64,000 nt of DNA from Malacoraja senta. Lineage: Eukaryota. The notes under the pieces are model-generated. The model saw only the letters and a program-made list of their open reading frames with translations. It ran no database searches and was not told where the DNA came from. The position numbers were made by a program, and so were the translations under genes. Shown here in pieces: positions 1 through 13,100 of the stretch; positions within the stretch are counted from its first letter, which is position 1; every line of letters starts with the position of its first letter. The stretch lies in assembly GCA_038087875.1 (NCBI GenBank), contig CM075999.1, positions 3,288,001 through 3,352,000 on the forward strand. The letters run 5' to 3'.

Positions 1-369
1 CAGCATGGAAGCAGACCCTTCATCCCAACTTTCTCTCACCGACCAGCATGTCCCATCTACACTAGTCCCACCTGCCTGCGTTTGGCCGATATTCCTCTGA
101 ACCCGTCCTATCCATGTACCTGTCAAATAAAGAATCGTGAGTTTTTGTTATTTTTGTACGTCTAAAAGTGACCCCGCTCAAAGGCTGGATGGTAAGGATA
201 GGTCATAAAACATAGGCGCAGAGTAAGGTAATTCGGCCCATCGAGTCTGCTCTGCCATTCAATCATGGCTGATCTATTTTTCCCCCTCAACATCATTCTC
301 CTGCCTTCTCTTGGAAGCAGTGAGTTAATGGAGTGAATGGGTTACCAGGCAAGTCGACAGAACCAGAAT

Positions 370-800
370 CCATGTTAACCAACATGCCCCATCTACATCA
401 GTCCCATTTGACTGCCTTTGGCCCACATCCCTCTAAACCGTTCCTATCCATGTACCTGTCTAAATATCTTTTAAATGTTATTGTACCTGCCTCAACTATG
501 TCCCGTGGCAGCCCGTGCCATATACCCACCATTCTGTGTGTAGAATTAGTTATCCTTCAGGTTCCTATTAAATCTTTACCCTCTCACCTTAAAAATGTCC
601 CCTCGTTCTTGAGTTCTGTACCATGAGGTAAAGAAGACTGTGCGTTCACCCGATCTATCTCCCTCATGGTTTTGTACACCTCTATAAGATCGCCCCTCAT
701 CTTGCTGCGCTCCAAGGAATAAAGTCCTAGACTGCTCAACCTCTCCCTACAGCTCAGGCCCTCGAGTCCTGGCAACATCCTCGTAAAACTTCTCTGCGCC
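370..800 (-). mobile_element. CR1/HER1 LINE 3' fragment
   Basis: ORF 584-778 reads MLPGLEGLSCRERL..LGLYSLER..RGDLIEVYK, the CR1 RT C-terminus. Confidence 0.85.
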
Positions 801-1064
801 CTAATTACATAGAAATTGCATCAGTGGGAGGAAGTGGACTGGCCAAACCAGCTCGCTGTTAATTGTCTGCTGTCGTGAAGTGACTGTGTCTCACGTCTGT
901 TCCACCTGTTCCTGTGTTTTATTTCCTATAAATGACTGCAAATTCTGGGAATAATTGCAACAGGCACCTTCTATGGCAAGAAACAGATGCAGCCTGACCA
1001 CAGGGTAATTCCAGCATTTATTCTCCCTCTTCCATGATTACCAGCCAGTGTAGGATTTTGCCTA

Positions 1065-1620
1065 GGACAGACACAAAATGCTGGAGTAACTCAGCAGGGC
1101 AGGCAGCATCTCTGGAGAAAAGGAATGAGTGACCCTTCCTCAGACCGAGAGTCGGGGGAGCAGGGAATGGGAGATATAGACGGTACATAGGACAAATGAA
1201 TGGAAGATATGCAGAGAGCAACGATATTCAAGGAAATGTGGAGCCCACAATGGTCTATTGTTGGCTGTGGGATTGGTGATAACAGGTTAATACAGACATT
1301 GGAACTTTACTATCTGCATATCTTCTATTCATTTGTCCTAAGTACCTCCAACGTTAGTACCTCCACCAATGTAAAGCACGTTGGCCAACGAGAGTTATTT
1401 TTAAAATGTGCTATATAAATAAAAGTGACTTGACTTGACTAAGTACCGTATATATATCTCTTGTTCCCCTTTCCCCTGACTCTCAGTCTGAAGAAGGGTC
1501 TCGACCCAAAACGTCAACTATTCCTTTTCTCCAGAGATTCTGCCTGACCCGCTGAGTTACTCCAGCATTTGGTGTCTATCTTTGGTGTAAACCAGCATCT
1601 GCAGTTCCTTCCTATACATC
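1065..1620. mobile_element. Penelope-derived inverted-repeat element with an embedded L2 3' tail (about 1368-1443)
   Basis: Inverted arms gacacaaaatgctggagtaactcagc / gctgagttactccagcattt. Degenerate hammerhead motif at 1488. L2-type tail ending aataaaagtgacttgacttgact. Confidence 0.7.
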
Positions 1621-3296
1621 TTGTAGGCTTTTGCTTGTTTGATTCCCTTTGCCATAGACACTTATCTAATCTCTTTAAAAATGCTGACGCGGTCTCTCTC
1701 CTTGATCGCTAACTTTAGCCATGCACTCCACAACCCCCGCCTTATCTCCAGTAGTTTGCTGAGTGATGTCAGGGGGTTATTAAGAGTCAACGTCTGATTG
1801 CCTTAGAGCTTCAGAGCCGGTCGTGATACATTGATTTCTCTAACTTCAAGTAACTCCTGCATTCCCTCCCCTTCTCCTCCCCCACCTTAGTCGTCTTACC
1901 AGTTCCATCAGTTGTATCCCTCTTCCTTCCCCAGCCAACAATGGACCATTGTGGGCCCCACCCTTCCTGAGGTCATCTGTTGCCACCCTCATTTGCTCTG
2001 GCCTTTCCTTGCCTTCAGTTTATTCCTCCTCACACCACCTCTATTTTCTGTATTTTCAGTCTGAAGTAGGGTCCCCACCCAAAAGGTCATGTCACCATGT
2101 TCTCCACAGATGCTGCCTGACTCGCTGAGTTACTCCAGCACTCTGTGAAACGTCACCTATCCATGTTCTCCACAGATGCTGCCTGACCCGCTGAGTTACT
2201 CCAGCGCTCTGTGAAATGTCACCTCTCCATGTTAGATACATAGAAAATAGGTGCAGGAGTAGGCCATCCAACTCAGTATCCTGTACCTGCCTTCTCTCCA
2301 TACCCCCTGATCCCCTTAGCCACAAGGGCCACATCTATCTCCCTCTTAAATATAGCCAATGAACTGCCCTCAACTACCCTCTGTGGCAGAGAGTTCCATG
2401 TTCTCCACAGATGCTGCCTGACCCGCTGAGTTACTCCAGCACTTTGTGAAACGTCACCTATCCATGTTCCACAGAGATGCTGCCTGACCCGCTGAGTTAC
2501 TCCAGCATTTTTTGTCTGTCTTTGGTGTAAACCAGCATCTGCAGTTCCTTCCTACACAACTCATGATAGCTAATTCTCTTTGACTAAACGGGTTTTACAG
2601 TAGTTTCTTGCTGACCCAATTCTTGCTCACAGCGTGGAAACAGCCCCTTCGGCCCAACATGTCTAGTCCCACCTGCCCATATCCCTCTAAACCTGTCCTA
2701 TCCATGTACCTGTCTAAATATCTCTTAAACGTTGCGATAGTCCCTGCCTCAACTACCTCCTCCGGCAGCTCGTTCCATGCACCCTTTGTGTGTATAAAAA
2801 GTTGCACCTCAGGTTTATGTTAAGTGTTTCCCTCCTCACCTTCAACCTATGTCCTCTGGTTCTTGATTTCCCCTACTCTGGGCAAGAGACTCTGTGCGTT
2901 TACTCGATCTATTCCCCTCATGGTTTTGTACACACTGGAAATGTTTTGTGGTTATCTCTTCGCTGCTCCTGTTAAAAGCCCAGCAAATGACAAATGCTTT
3001 CAGTTCTCTTTCTTTGAGTCAGTCGCAGTTAGTAGATCAAAAGATCTTGCACTTTCGTGTGTCCTACAGCTGGGGGAAGGTGAGGAAGTAAACAAGTGAT
3101 CTAATCCTTGCGATGAATTGCATCAGCTGAGGATCTGTTGACTGATTACTCAGCAGCGCTGTCTGACACAGTTCACCACTGACTGCTGGCTGTGAATAAA
3201 ACGACAAACTGTCTCTACACCCCTTGTGCCCCACCTGGACTCGCACCCCTTTCTCCCCTTCCCCCTCCCTTTCCACCTACATTACTAGAGGCATAG

Positions 3297-4050
3297 ACTA
3301 TTTTCTAAACTGGGGGAGAATCCAGAAATCGGAGGTGCAAAGGGACTTGGGAGTTCTGGTGCAGGATTCCCAGAAAGTTAATTTGCATGGGGAATCGGTA
3401 ATACGGAAGGCAACCGCGTTTATTTAGAGAGGGCTAGAATACAAAAACAGCGCGGTAATGCTGAGGCTCTAGAAGGCACTGGTCATGCCGCATTTGCAGT
3501 ATTGTGAGCAGTTTTGGGCCCCATATCTGAGGAAGGATGTGCTGGCTCTGGAGAGGGTCCAGAGGAGGTTTACGAGAATGATCCCAGAAATGAGTGGGTT
3601 AATATATGATGACGTTTGACGCCACTGGGCCTCCTCTACTTGTTGGAGTTTAGAAAGATGAGGGGGGAATCTCATTGAAACTTAACGAATAGTGAAAGGC
3701 CTGGATAGAGTGGATGTGGAGAGGATGTTTCCACTAGTGGGAGAGTCTAGGACCAGAGGGCGCAGCCTCAGAATAAAGGGACGTACCTTCAAAATGGAGA
3801 TGAGGAGGGATTTCGTCAGTCGGAGGGTGGTGAATCTGTGGAATTCATTGCCACAGATGGCTGTGGAGGCCAAAGTCAGTGGATATTTTTACAGTGGAGA
3901 TTGACAGGTTCTTGATTAATGTGGGTGTCAGGGGGTTTTGGGGAGAAGGCTGGAGAATGGGGTTGCGAGGGAAAGATTGATCAGCCAATTATTGAATGAC
4001 GGAGTAGTCTTGATGGGCCGGATGGCTTAATTCTGCTCCTGTGACTTATG
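3297..4050 (+). mobile_element. CR1 LINE 3' fragment
   Basis: Degenerate RT C-terminus ([37 protein letters not shown]) plus 3' UTR. Confidence 0.9.
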
Positions 4051-4526
4051 GGACCGAGACGGTGAGCTTAAATCGCTGGTGATCTCCTTACCGGACAATG
4101 TCTTTGTTTATCCGGCATCTCAGTCTTGGCGGGCTGTTTGCCATGAGTGGGGGACTTGTTTACTCTGCACACTGTGGTAGTGGCAGTGTGCCAGGGTCAG
4201 TAACGCCATCCTGGGCCACATGTGAATCAGCCCATGCACCAGCCCGGAATTTTAAATGTGGTCGAGTGGATAATTGTTACGACAGAGATAGATCGATTCT
4301 TGATTAGTACGGGTGTCAAGGGTTATGGGGAGAAGGCATGAGAATGGGGTTAGGAGGGAGAGATAGATCAGCCACGATTGAATGGCGGAGTAGACTAGAT
4401 GGGCCGAATGGCCTAATTCTCCTATCACATGACCTTATCATTGTGTAATTTATATCATGCAGAAGAACTAAGTCAGAGTTACACTTGGAGACGGAACATG
4501 AAAGGCACTTCTACAACGAAGGGGCG

Positions 4527-4752
4527 TCACGGTGGCGCAGCGGGTAGAGACGCTGCCTCTCAGCGCCAGAGACCCAGGTTCGATCCTGACCTCTAGTGCT
4601 GTCTGTGTGGAGTTTGCACGTCCTCCCTGTGACCACGTGGGTGTCTGCCGGTTTCCTCCCACATCCAAAAGACGTGCGGGTTTGTAGGCTAATCGGTCTC
4701 TGTGGATCGCCCCTAGTGTGCAGGGAGTGGATGAGAAAGGTAGAACTAGTGT
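4527..4752 (+). mobile_element. tRNA-derived V-SINE (HE1-like)
   Basis: A box TGGCGCAGCGG, B box GGTTCGATCC, V-domain gtttgcacg...ggtttcctcccac. Confidence 0.85.
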
Positions 4753-4804
4753 GAAGATATTTAAATTATTTCTGAAGCCACGGTGTTGAATGTTAAACCA
4801 GAGG

Positions 4805-5060
4805 ATATAGGGTTAAGGTGAGGGGGGAAAGATTTAATAAGAATCTGAGGGGTTAACATTTTTATGGGTGGTGGGTGTATGGAACGAGCTGCCGGAGGAG
4901 GTAGTTGAGGCAGGGACTATCGCAACGTTTGAGAAACATTTAGACAGGTACATGGATAGGACAGGTTTGGAGGGATATGGACCAAATGCAAGCAAGTGGG
5001 ACTAGTGTAGATGGGGCAAGTTGGGCCGAAAGGCCTGTTTCCATGCTGTAACACTCTATG
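4805..5060 (+). mobile_element. HER1-type CR1 LINE 3' end
   Basis: WNELPEEVVEAG coding tail. The 3' end gggccgaa.ggcctgtttcc is shared with the V-SINEs. Confidence 0.8.
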
Positions 5061-5107
5061 GTTGTGATTGGAATGCCTGTGTGCTTATGGCTGTGTTCTG
5101 GTGACAG

Positions 5108-5305
5108 ATTCTACTGGAGGGTCAAGATGATGCTGAGAGACAGCTCTTCATTGAAGCCTTTATGTCCACTGGTCGAGTGGACAACGTCACCATGGTGATG
5201 GGCCTGCACCCTCGCTACCTGGAGAGCTTTTGGAAGACTCAGTACTACCTGCTGCAGATGGACGGCCCCCTGCCCTATCACTACCGGCATTACATCGCTT
5301 TAATG
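5108..5305 (+). CDS. sesn2: Sestrin (SESN2-like), first coding exon inside the window (gene is 5'-partial)
   Basis: cag|ATT...ATG|gtgag, 198 nt. Translates [66 protein letters not shown], the sestrin N-terminal GRVDN/MGLHP/DGPL/RHYIA motifs. Confidence 0.95.
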
Positions 5306-5959
5306 GTGAGCAGCGCGGTATAGACGGCAATAGAGGGACCCTCATCATCATCATCGTTGAAATCATTCTCGACGCAGTGGCGCTGGTTTCCGACGGGAAC
5401 GGTGACGGACGCACCACACATCTCTGTCCTCCAGTTCCTGCGGACTTCCGCCGCAGGAAGTCTGGGATTTTGGTGTGTGTGTGTGCTTTATCATCATTCC
5501 TGACAATGCTGTGTACGACAGTGATCGCAACTTCTACTGAAGTCTGGATGGCCGTTGGCTCGCTAGGAGCTCATCTGCCCTTTGACAGGTCTTGTTTTTG
5601 GTCCTGCTGGGGGTCCACAGCCCCCTCCTGGAGGAGACGGTTTAGTCGCCGACTAATCCAACCATGGAGCAGGTAGCACGGGATTACATGGTACCCGTGG
5701 GGGGGGGGGGGGGGGAGACTCCCCCCGACCTGACCAGGTAATATAGAGAGATATAGAACGAAGAAATGAAACATATGTAAAAAAATAACAATGATCAAGG
5801 AAGTAGTGCGTTGTTGACGGTGGGCTAGGTGAAAAAGAGTTAGAGACAATGAAACTAGTATGTGTAGGATGGAACTGCAGATTGAATGGCGGTGCTGGCT
5901 CGAAGGGCCGAATGGCCTACTCCTGCCCCTATTGTCTATGTTTCTCCGTCTTGTTGCAG

Positions 5960-6142
5960 GCTGCCGCCCGTCACCAGTGCTCGTACCTTGTTGGCCTTCA
6001 CATCAGCGAGTTCCTGCAGGTGGGGGGGAGCCCCGAGTGGCTGAACGGGTTAAACTCCGTGCCCCAGAAACTGAAGAACCTCGGTGAAATCAACAAAATC
6101 CTGGCTCACCGACCCTGGCTGATCACCAAGGAACACATTGAG
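5960..6142 (+). CDS. sesn2: Sestrin coding exon ([14 protein letters not shown]...[10 protein letters not shown])
   Basis: ttgcag|GCT, 183 nt. Carries the HQCSYLVxxH motif with the sestrin catalytic Cys. Ends at a GC donor, GAG|gcaagt. Confidence 0.95.
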
Positions 6143-6579
6143 GCAAGTGGCTGCCAAGTCGCTCAGAGCAGAGTCTTTAGTTTAGAGATGGAATGGAATA
6201 CATTATTGTCACATGCGGCAAGTCACGTTGAACTTCTTTGCTTGCGTAGCCAAGGTATGCGAATTGTGGCCACCTCAAGGGCGCTGACATAGTTACAAAA
6301 TACCCCCGCGCCAGGTGCCCCTTTGTCCATTACTCTTTCCCCCTCCCTCACGACGGTGGTAGACGTGTGGGAAGAAACAGCAGGTGCTGGTTTACACCCC
6401 ATACCTTCCCATTCCTTCCATCCAGAGATTCCTGCCCCGCAGAGTTACTCAAGCATTTTGTGTCTGTCTTTAGTTTATAGATACAGTGCGGGAACAGGCC
6501 CTTCGGTCCACATGCGTGTGTACACAGATGGTCATACATGTGAACACAGTTGGTCATGCATATGTGTTGTATGTTGCAG

Positions 6580-6807
6580 GAGCTGCTGCGGGCGGGTGAG
6601 AGCAGCTGGTCGCTGGCGGAGCTGATCCACGCGGTGGTGCTGCTCACACACTACCACTCGCTCGCCTCCTTCGTGCTGGGCTGTGGGCTCCGGCCTGACC
6701 TGGACCAGGACGGGGGCTTCACCTTCAGACCCCCCTCCCCTCGAAACTGTGACTCCGACAGCTCGTGCAGCAGCAGCGGCTCAGAGGACACCAGCAACGC
6801 CAGCACG
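6580..6807 (+). CDS. sesn2: Sestrin coding exon ([36 protein letters not shown]...NAST)
   Basis: ttgcag|GAG...ACG|gtaagc, 228 nt. WSLAEL and HSLxSF sestrin motifs. Confidence 0.95.
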
Positions 6808-8114
6808 GTAAGCTGCCCCTGATCCTGATCCACTCGTACATTGACGTCACGTACACACAAAGCTGCAGTAACTCAGCGGGACAGGCAGCTTCTCTGCAGA
6901 GAAGGAATGGGTGATGTTTCGGGTCAAGAGAGAGTTAAATGTAACTCTTAGGTCTAACGGAATCAAAGGATATGGGGAGAAGGCAGGAACGGGGTACTGA
7001 TTCTGGATGATCAGCCATGATCATATTGAATGGCCGTGCTGCCTCGAAGGGCTTAATGGCCTACTCCTGCACCTGTTGTCTATGTTTCTATGATCCTTCT
7101 TCAGACTCGTACCCTCTCCCTGAGAGGCAGGCACTGACACTGATCAGCAATCACTGAGGCCAAACGCAAACTGGACAAACAGCGCCTGATATTTTGCTTG
7201 GGTAGCTTACTTACACCCCAGCGGTATGTTTAAGAAAGAACCGCAGTTGCTGGAAAAATTGAAGGTAGACAAAAATGCTGGAGAAACTCACCGGGTGAGG
7301 CAGCGTCTATGGAGCGAAGGAATAGGTGCCGTTTCAGGTCTCGACCCGAAACGTCGACCATTCCTCCGCTCCATAGATGCTGCTTCACCCGCTGAGTTTC
7401 TCCAGCATTTTTGTCTAACCCAGCGGTATGAATATTGATTTCTCTAACTTCTTCCCTTGCATTCCCTCCCCCATCCTAGTCGCGGTTCTAGTTTCATATG
7501 TTTTATATCTCTCTACACCACTGTCTATATCCCTCGATTCCATTTCCCCAGACTAGTCTGAAGAAGGGTCTCGACCCGAAACATCACCCATTCCTTTTCT
7601 TCAAAGATGCTGCCTGTCCCGCTGAGTTACTCCAGCATTCTATGTCTATCTTTTGTGTAAACCAGCATCCGCAGTTGCTTCCTGCACACTTCTACTGATT
7701 CTTGTGCAATGATACCAGTAAACAATGCAACATACAACCTTTAGTACTTTTCACTTCCAGTAACAAAAACAAAGTTTGCGGTAATTAAGAGACCTTTTTG
7801 ATTTTGTAAATCATTTGGGAGAATTAGTTGTTAGTTCGAGTCCAAAACACTCTCCCCAATGACATGATTGTTTTCACCGTGTTGTACCCAGTCATGTTCT
7901 GGATATACTTGTTAAACTCGGACTATGTGCATTGAGAAAACGAGACACAGAGTGCTGGAGTAACTCAGCGGGTCAGGCAGCATCTGTGGAGCGAAGGAAA
8001 TGGGCAACCTTTCGGGCCGAAACCCTGAAGGAAATAGGCAACGTTTCGGGCCGAAACCCGGAAGGGTTTCGGGCCGAAACGTTGCCTATTTCCTTCGCTC
8101 CATAGATGCTGCCG

Positions 8115-8465
8115 GAACATGGATAGGTGACGTTTCACAGAGTGCTGGAGTAACTCAGCGGGTCAGGCAGCATCTGTGGAGAACATGGATAAGTGACGTT
8201 TCACAGAGTGCTGGAGTAACTCAGCGGGTCAGGCAGCATCTGTGGAGAACATGGATAGGTGACGATTCACAGAGTGCTGGAGTAACTCAGCGGGTCAGGC
8301 AGCATCTGTGGAGAACATGGATAAGTGACGTTTCACAGAGTGCTGGAGTAACTCAGCGGGTCAGGCAGCATCTGTGGAGAACATGGATAGGTGACGTTTC
8401 ACAGAGTGCTGGAGTAACTCAGCGGGTCAGGCAGCATCTGTGGAGAACATGGATAGGTGACGTTT
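8115..8465. repeat. 66-bp tandem minisatellite (about 5.3 units) derived from the Penelope terminal repeat
   Basis: Unit gagaacatggataggtgacgtttcacagagtgctggagtaactcagcgggtcaggcagcatctgtg, period 66. Confidence 0.9.
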
Positions 8466-9567
8466 TGGGTCGGGATCTTTCATCAGTCTGAAGAAGAGAT
8501 CTGACTTGAAACGTCACCTATCCACGTTCTCCACAGATGCTGCCTGACCCACTGAGTTACTCCAGCACTCTTTTTTTGTTGTAAACCAGCCTCTGCAGTT
8601 CCTTGCTTCCAGCTGTACTGAGTGTCTTGTTTATGATGTGAGGGTTCTGACAAAAACCACTATCACTTTTCAGTAGAACGTGTTTTCCCAACGTTTGCAG
8701 TTGGTTTGAGTAAACTCTGTAAACAGCTGCAGATTATCCGTAGCAGAACACATTAGGTGTATTACTGAATAGTCAGAGGCCTGGATCGAGTTGATGTGGG
8801 GAGGATGTTTCCACTAGTGGGAGAGTCTAGGACCAGAGGTCACAGCCTCAGAATTAATGGATGTTCTTTTAGGAAGTAGATGAGGAGGAATTTCTTTAGT
8901 CAGAGGGTGGTGAATCTGGAATTCATTGCCACAGGCGGCTGTGGAGGCCAGGTCAGTGGATATTTGTACGGCAGAGATTAACAGATGTTTGATTAGATTC
9001 AGATTCAGATTCAATCTTTAATTGTCATGGTGCAGTGTACAGTACAGAGACAACGAAATGCAGTTGGCATCTCACCCTGAAGAGCGAACATAGAATAATG
9101 AACAGTAATATATATATATATATATATACACAAACAGTGGCACGGGTGTTAGGGATTATGGGGAAAAGGCACGAATTGAGTGGGGAAATGACGTTTCTGG
9201 TTGAGACCCTTCTTCAGACTGAGAGTCAGGGGAGTGGGGAACGAGAGATATCCACGGCAATATCGTGAGAGATAGAACAAAGAAATAAAACATGAGTAAA
9301 AAAAGTAACAATGATCAAGGAAGAAGTCTGTTGTTGGCGGTGGGCTAGGTGAACATGAGATATGATTGATTGAATGGCAGAATAGATTTGATGGGCCGAA
9401 TGGCCTGATTGTGCTCCTATCACTTATGAACATTTTGTAGCAATTTTACAGCGGGTAGCCTCGTGTTTAATCATGAAGCTCGAACGTTGCTTTTTCCAGG
9501 GAGTGGTTTGTTGTCACAATAAGGACCTAGTAATTTTAGTTTTGCCAGTTACGACTAGGAAGGCTGC

Positions 9568-9815
9568 TTAAGAAGGAACTGCAGATGCTGGAAATTCGAA
9601 GGTAGACAAAAGTGCTGGAGAAACTCAGCGGGTGCAGCAGCAGCATCTATGGAGCGAAGGAAATAGGCAACGTATTGGGCCGAAACCCTTCAGGAAGGAA
9701 ATAGGTAAAGTTTCGGGCCGAAACCCTTCAGAGTTTCGGCCCGAAACGTTGCCTATTTCCATCGCTCCATAGATGCTGCTGCACCCGGTGAGTTTCTCCA
9801 GCACTTTTGTCTACC
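9568..9815. mobile_element. Palindromic Penelope-derived element, subfamily B
   Basis: Long inverted arms flanked by the duplication TACGACTAGGA(A)GGCT. Confidence 0.8.
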
Positions 9816-10345
9816 TACGACTAGGAGGCTTTTGCATTCATTGCATGGAAGGCAGCGATAGTCTCAGTTTGTCGGCGACACTTGAGTGCTGCCTCGGCTG
9901 CAGCAGTCGTTTAGTGTATGTGTGGGTTTTGTTGCGTGCTAACCAGTCAGCAGAAAGTCAATCCATGATTACAACCGAGCCGTCCACAGTGTACAGATAC
10001 ATGATAACGGAATAACGTTTAGTGCAAGGTAAAGCCAGCAAAGTCCGATCAAGGATAGTCCGAAGGTCACCAATGAGGTAGATAGTAGCCCAGCGCTGCT
10101 CTATAGTTGTGGTTGGATGGTTCAAGAGTTATGAGAGTCAAGGGTGTTTTATTGTCCTGTGTCCCAGATAGAACAATGACATTCACACTTGCTGCAGAAC
10201 AACACGATATGTGAACACAGTACACTGTAAACAATGTGATAAATGAGCAAAGAAGTACTAACACATATATATGAAAACAAAATTTCCTTGTATACATACA
10301 CATACTCACATATACATATGTATATTATATATATGTGTGTGTGTG

Positions 10346-10376
<31 letters not shown>

Positions 10377-10779
10377 TGCGCACACATACGTACACATAAA
10401 AAACAATCAACAATAGTGCAATAGTAACGTTCTATGTAGTTCAGAGTTAACCTTTTTCTCACAGAGAGTGGTGAGTGTTGAATTCTCTGCCTCAGAGGGC
10501 GGTGGAGGCTGGTTCTCTGGATGCTTTCAAGAGAGAGCTAGATAGGGCTCTTTAAGATAACGGAGTCAGGGGATAGGGGGAGAAGGCAGGAACGGGGTAC
10601 TGATTGGGGATGATCAGCCATGATCACATTGAATGGCGGTGCTGGCTCGAAGGGCCGGATGGCCTACTCCTGCACCTATTGTCTATTGTCTATTAACCGA
10701 GTCAAAAGAATAGTTAATTAGTTTGCGACGCAGTGTTTTCCGCGCCCCGTTCGCTCACGCCCCTCCTCCCGTCTTTTAG

Positions 10780-10927
10780 AGCAGGGAGGATCTGCGGGAG
10801 CTGGAGGTTCTGATGGAGAAGATGAAGCTGCTTCAGGAAGGTCGCCAGAGCGAGGAAGCAAGTCAGGAGGAGAAGGCGTCGCGGTTTGAGAATGAGAAGC
10901 GGGAAAGCTTGTTGGTCGCCCCTGCAG
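10780..10927 (+). CDS. sesn2: Sestrin coding exon ([20 protein letters not shown]...[22 protein letters not shown])
   Basis: ttttag|AGC...GCAG|gtaaaa, 148 nt, phase 0 to 1. Linker SQEE..SRFE.EK.ESLLV matches sestrins. Confidence 0.93.
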
Positions 10928-10997
10928 GTAAAACGTCACAGCGAGATCACCTCCAAATATTCGCCAAACACCTCCGCTCAATTCGCCTCAGCCCAGC

Positions 10998-11493
10998 TCC
11001 ATCTCCCCACTGCCAAACCCTTTAACTCCCCCTCCCATCCCCGCACTGACCTATCTGTCCTGGGCCTCCTCCACTATCACAGTGGGGCCACATGCAAATT
11101 AGAGGAACAGCACCTCATATTTCACTTGGGCAGTTTACACCCCAGCGGTATGAACATTGACTTCTCTAACTTCAGGTAACCCTTGCTATTCTCTCTCTCC
11201 ATCTCTCTCTCCATCTCCTCCCCATCCCAGTTCTCTGACTAGTTTCACTGTCCTGATTTTACTGATTGAACCTTCCCCTCCGCCAACAATTATCCATTCT
11301 ACAGTTCCTTGATCGTCGTCTGCTTTGATCTGTCCTTTTCACACCTTACCCTTCCATATCTCTAGTCTCCCTCTCCCCCTACTCTCAGTCTGAAGAAGGG
11401 TCTTGACCTGAAATGTCACCCATTCCTTCTCTCCAGAGATGCTGCCTGTCCCCCTGAGTTACTCCAGCATTTTGTGCCCTATCTTCAGTGTAA
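10998..11493 (+). mobile_element. Penelope-like element 3' end (GIY-YIG endonuclease C-terminus plus terminal repeat)
   Basis: Reads [52 protein letters not shown], followed by a hammerhead-like motif at 11390. Confidence 0.8.
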
Positions 11494-11713
11494 AATCCTC
11501 TCATGATATTGTACACCTCTGTAAGATCACCCCTCATCCTCCTGCGCTCCAAGGAATACAATCGTAGCCTGCTCAACCTCACGCTACAGCTTGGACCTTC
11601 TAGTCCTGGTAACAGCCTTGTAATTCTCTGTACCCGTTCCAGCGTGGCAGCATCTACCCTGTAACATGGTGCACAGTGTGCCCTCTGTAACAGCACTCTT
11701 TGCCTTTGCTCAG

Positions 11714-11832
11714 CAGACGATAATGAGTTGCTGTCATCAACCAATTTGTCGTGCTTTGTCAAAGATGCGGACTTTGGCTACAAGGACTTCAGTCGACGCG
11801 GGGAGCAGACACCACCCACGTTCCGGGCCCAG
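11714..11832 (+). CDS. sesn2: Sestrin coding exon (ADDNELLSSTNLSCFVKDADFGYKDFSRRGEQTPPTFRAQ)
   Basis: ctcag|CAG...CAG|gtaact, 119 nt, or 116 nt from the alternative acceptor at 11717. FGY.DF.RRG..PPTFRAQ motif. Confidence 0.93.
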
Positions 11833-13100
11833 GTAACTCCAAACCCACAGACAAACGCCCCCCCCCCCCCCCATCCCGTTCAGAGCAGGGAGTGGGTACG
11901 TTTCCACGCTGGATCTCTAAACATTATTCCCTTATGTATTTATTTAAATCGAAGGTAGACACAAAATGCCGGAGTAACTCAGCCGGGACAGGCAGCATCT
12001 CTGGAGAGAATGAATGGGTGATGTTTCGGGTCGAGACCCTTTCTTTAGATTGAAGAAGGGTCTCGACCCGAAACGTCACCCATTCCTTCTCTCCAGAGAT
12101 GCTGCCTGACCCGCTGAGTTACTCCAGCATCTTTGGTTTAAACCAGCTTCTGCAGTTCCTTCCTACACATGTATTCCCAGCCAGCTGATCTGGGGAACTG
12201 GAGTTGTGTATTGAGGACAGCGCATGAACAGGTCCTTCAGCCCATAATATCCGTGCTGAACATGGAACCAAGTTCAACTAGTTTATGAGTTTGGTTCATT
12301 GTCACGTGTACTGAGGTACAGTGAGAAGCTTTTTGTTTGGTGCTATCCAGTCAGCGGAAAGGCTATACATGATTACAATCAAGCCGTCCACAGTGTAGTC
12401 AGGGTTGAACCCAGATCTGCGGCACTGTGAGGCAGCAACTCTACCGCTGCACCACTGTGCCGCACCCAGTATATTCCACACTATTCCACATTCTAAGCTG
12501 CCAGCTCGTTCCATGTATCTCCACCAGCTGAGTGAATCTTGCACTAGTGGCAGAGTCTAGGACCATGGGTCATGGCCTCAGAATTAGACAGTCCTTTAGG
12601 AAGGAGATGATTTTTTTTAAATCAGAGAGTGGTAAATCATTGCCTGTGGAGGCCAAGTCAGTGGGTATTTTTCAAGTCAAGTCGTGTCAAGTGAGTTTAT
12701 TGTCATGTGTCCCTGATAGGACAATGACATTCTTTCTTTGCTTCAGCACAACAGAACATAGTAGGCATTGACTACAAGGCATTCTATAAATATATACACA
12801 CATGAATCAATATACTGATAAGTGCAAATATTGGCTAATAAAGTTCAGAGTTTTGTCCGAGCCAGGTTTAATAGCCTGATGGCTGTGGGGAAGTAGCTAT
12901 TCCTAGCTATTTTAAGGCAGAGATAGATAGATTCTTGATTAGTATGGGTGTCAGGGGTTATGGGAAGAAGGCAGGAGAATGTAGTTTTGGGGGAGAGATA
13001 GATCGGCCATTATTGAATGGCGGGGCAGACTTGATGGGCCGAGTGGCCCAATTCTGCCCCTTTCACTTATGAGCATAACATGCTGTGCCTCTGTGTTCAG

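Noticed and set aside
4527..4600. tRNA-like A/B boxes here and in many similar copies
   Set aside because: These are SINE heads followed by a V-domain and LINE tail, not tRNA genes.
1..5107. Search for the first sestrin exons (GPSAFIP motif)
   Set aside because: Not found; presumably upstream of the window.
8000..8491. 163-aa ORF with a 22-aa repeat; CRISPR-like periodicity
   Set aside because: Product of the 66-bp tandem repeat. There are no unique spacers or cas genes, and the DNA is eukaryotic.
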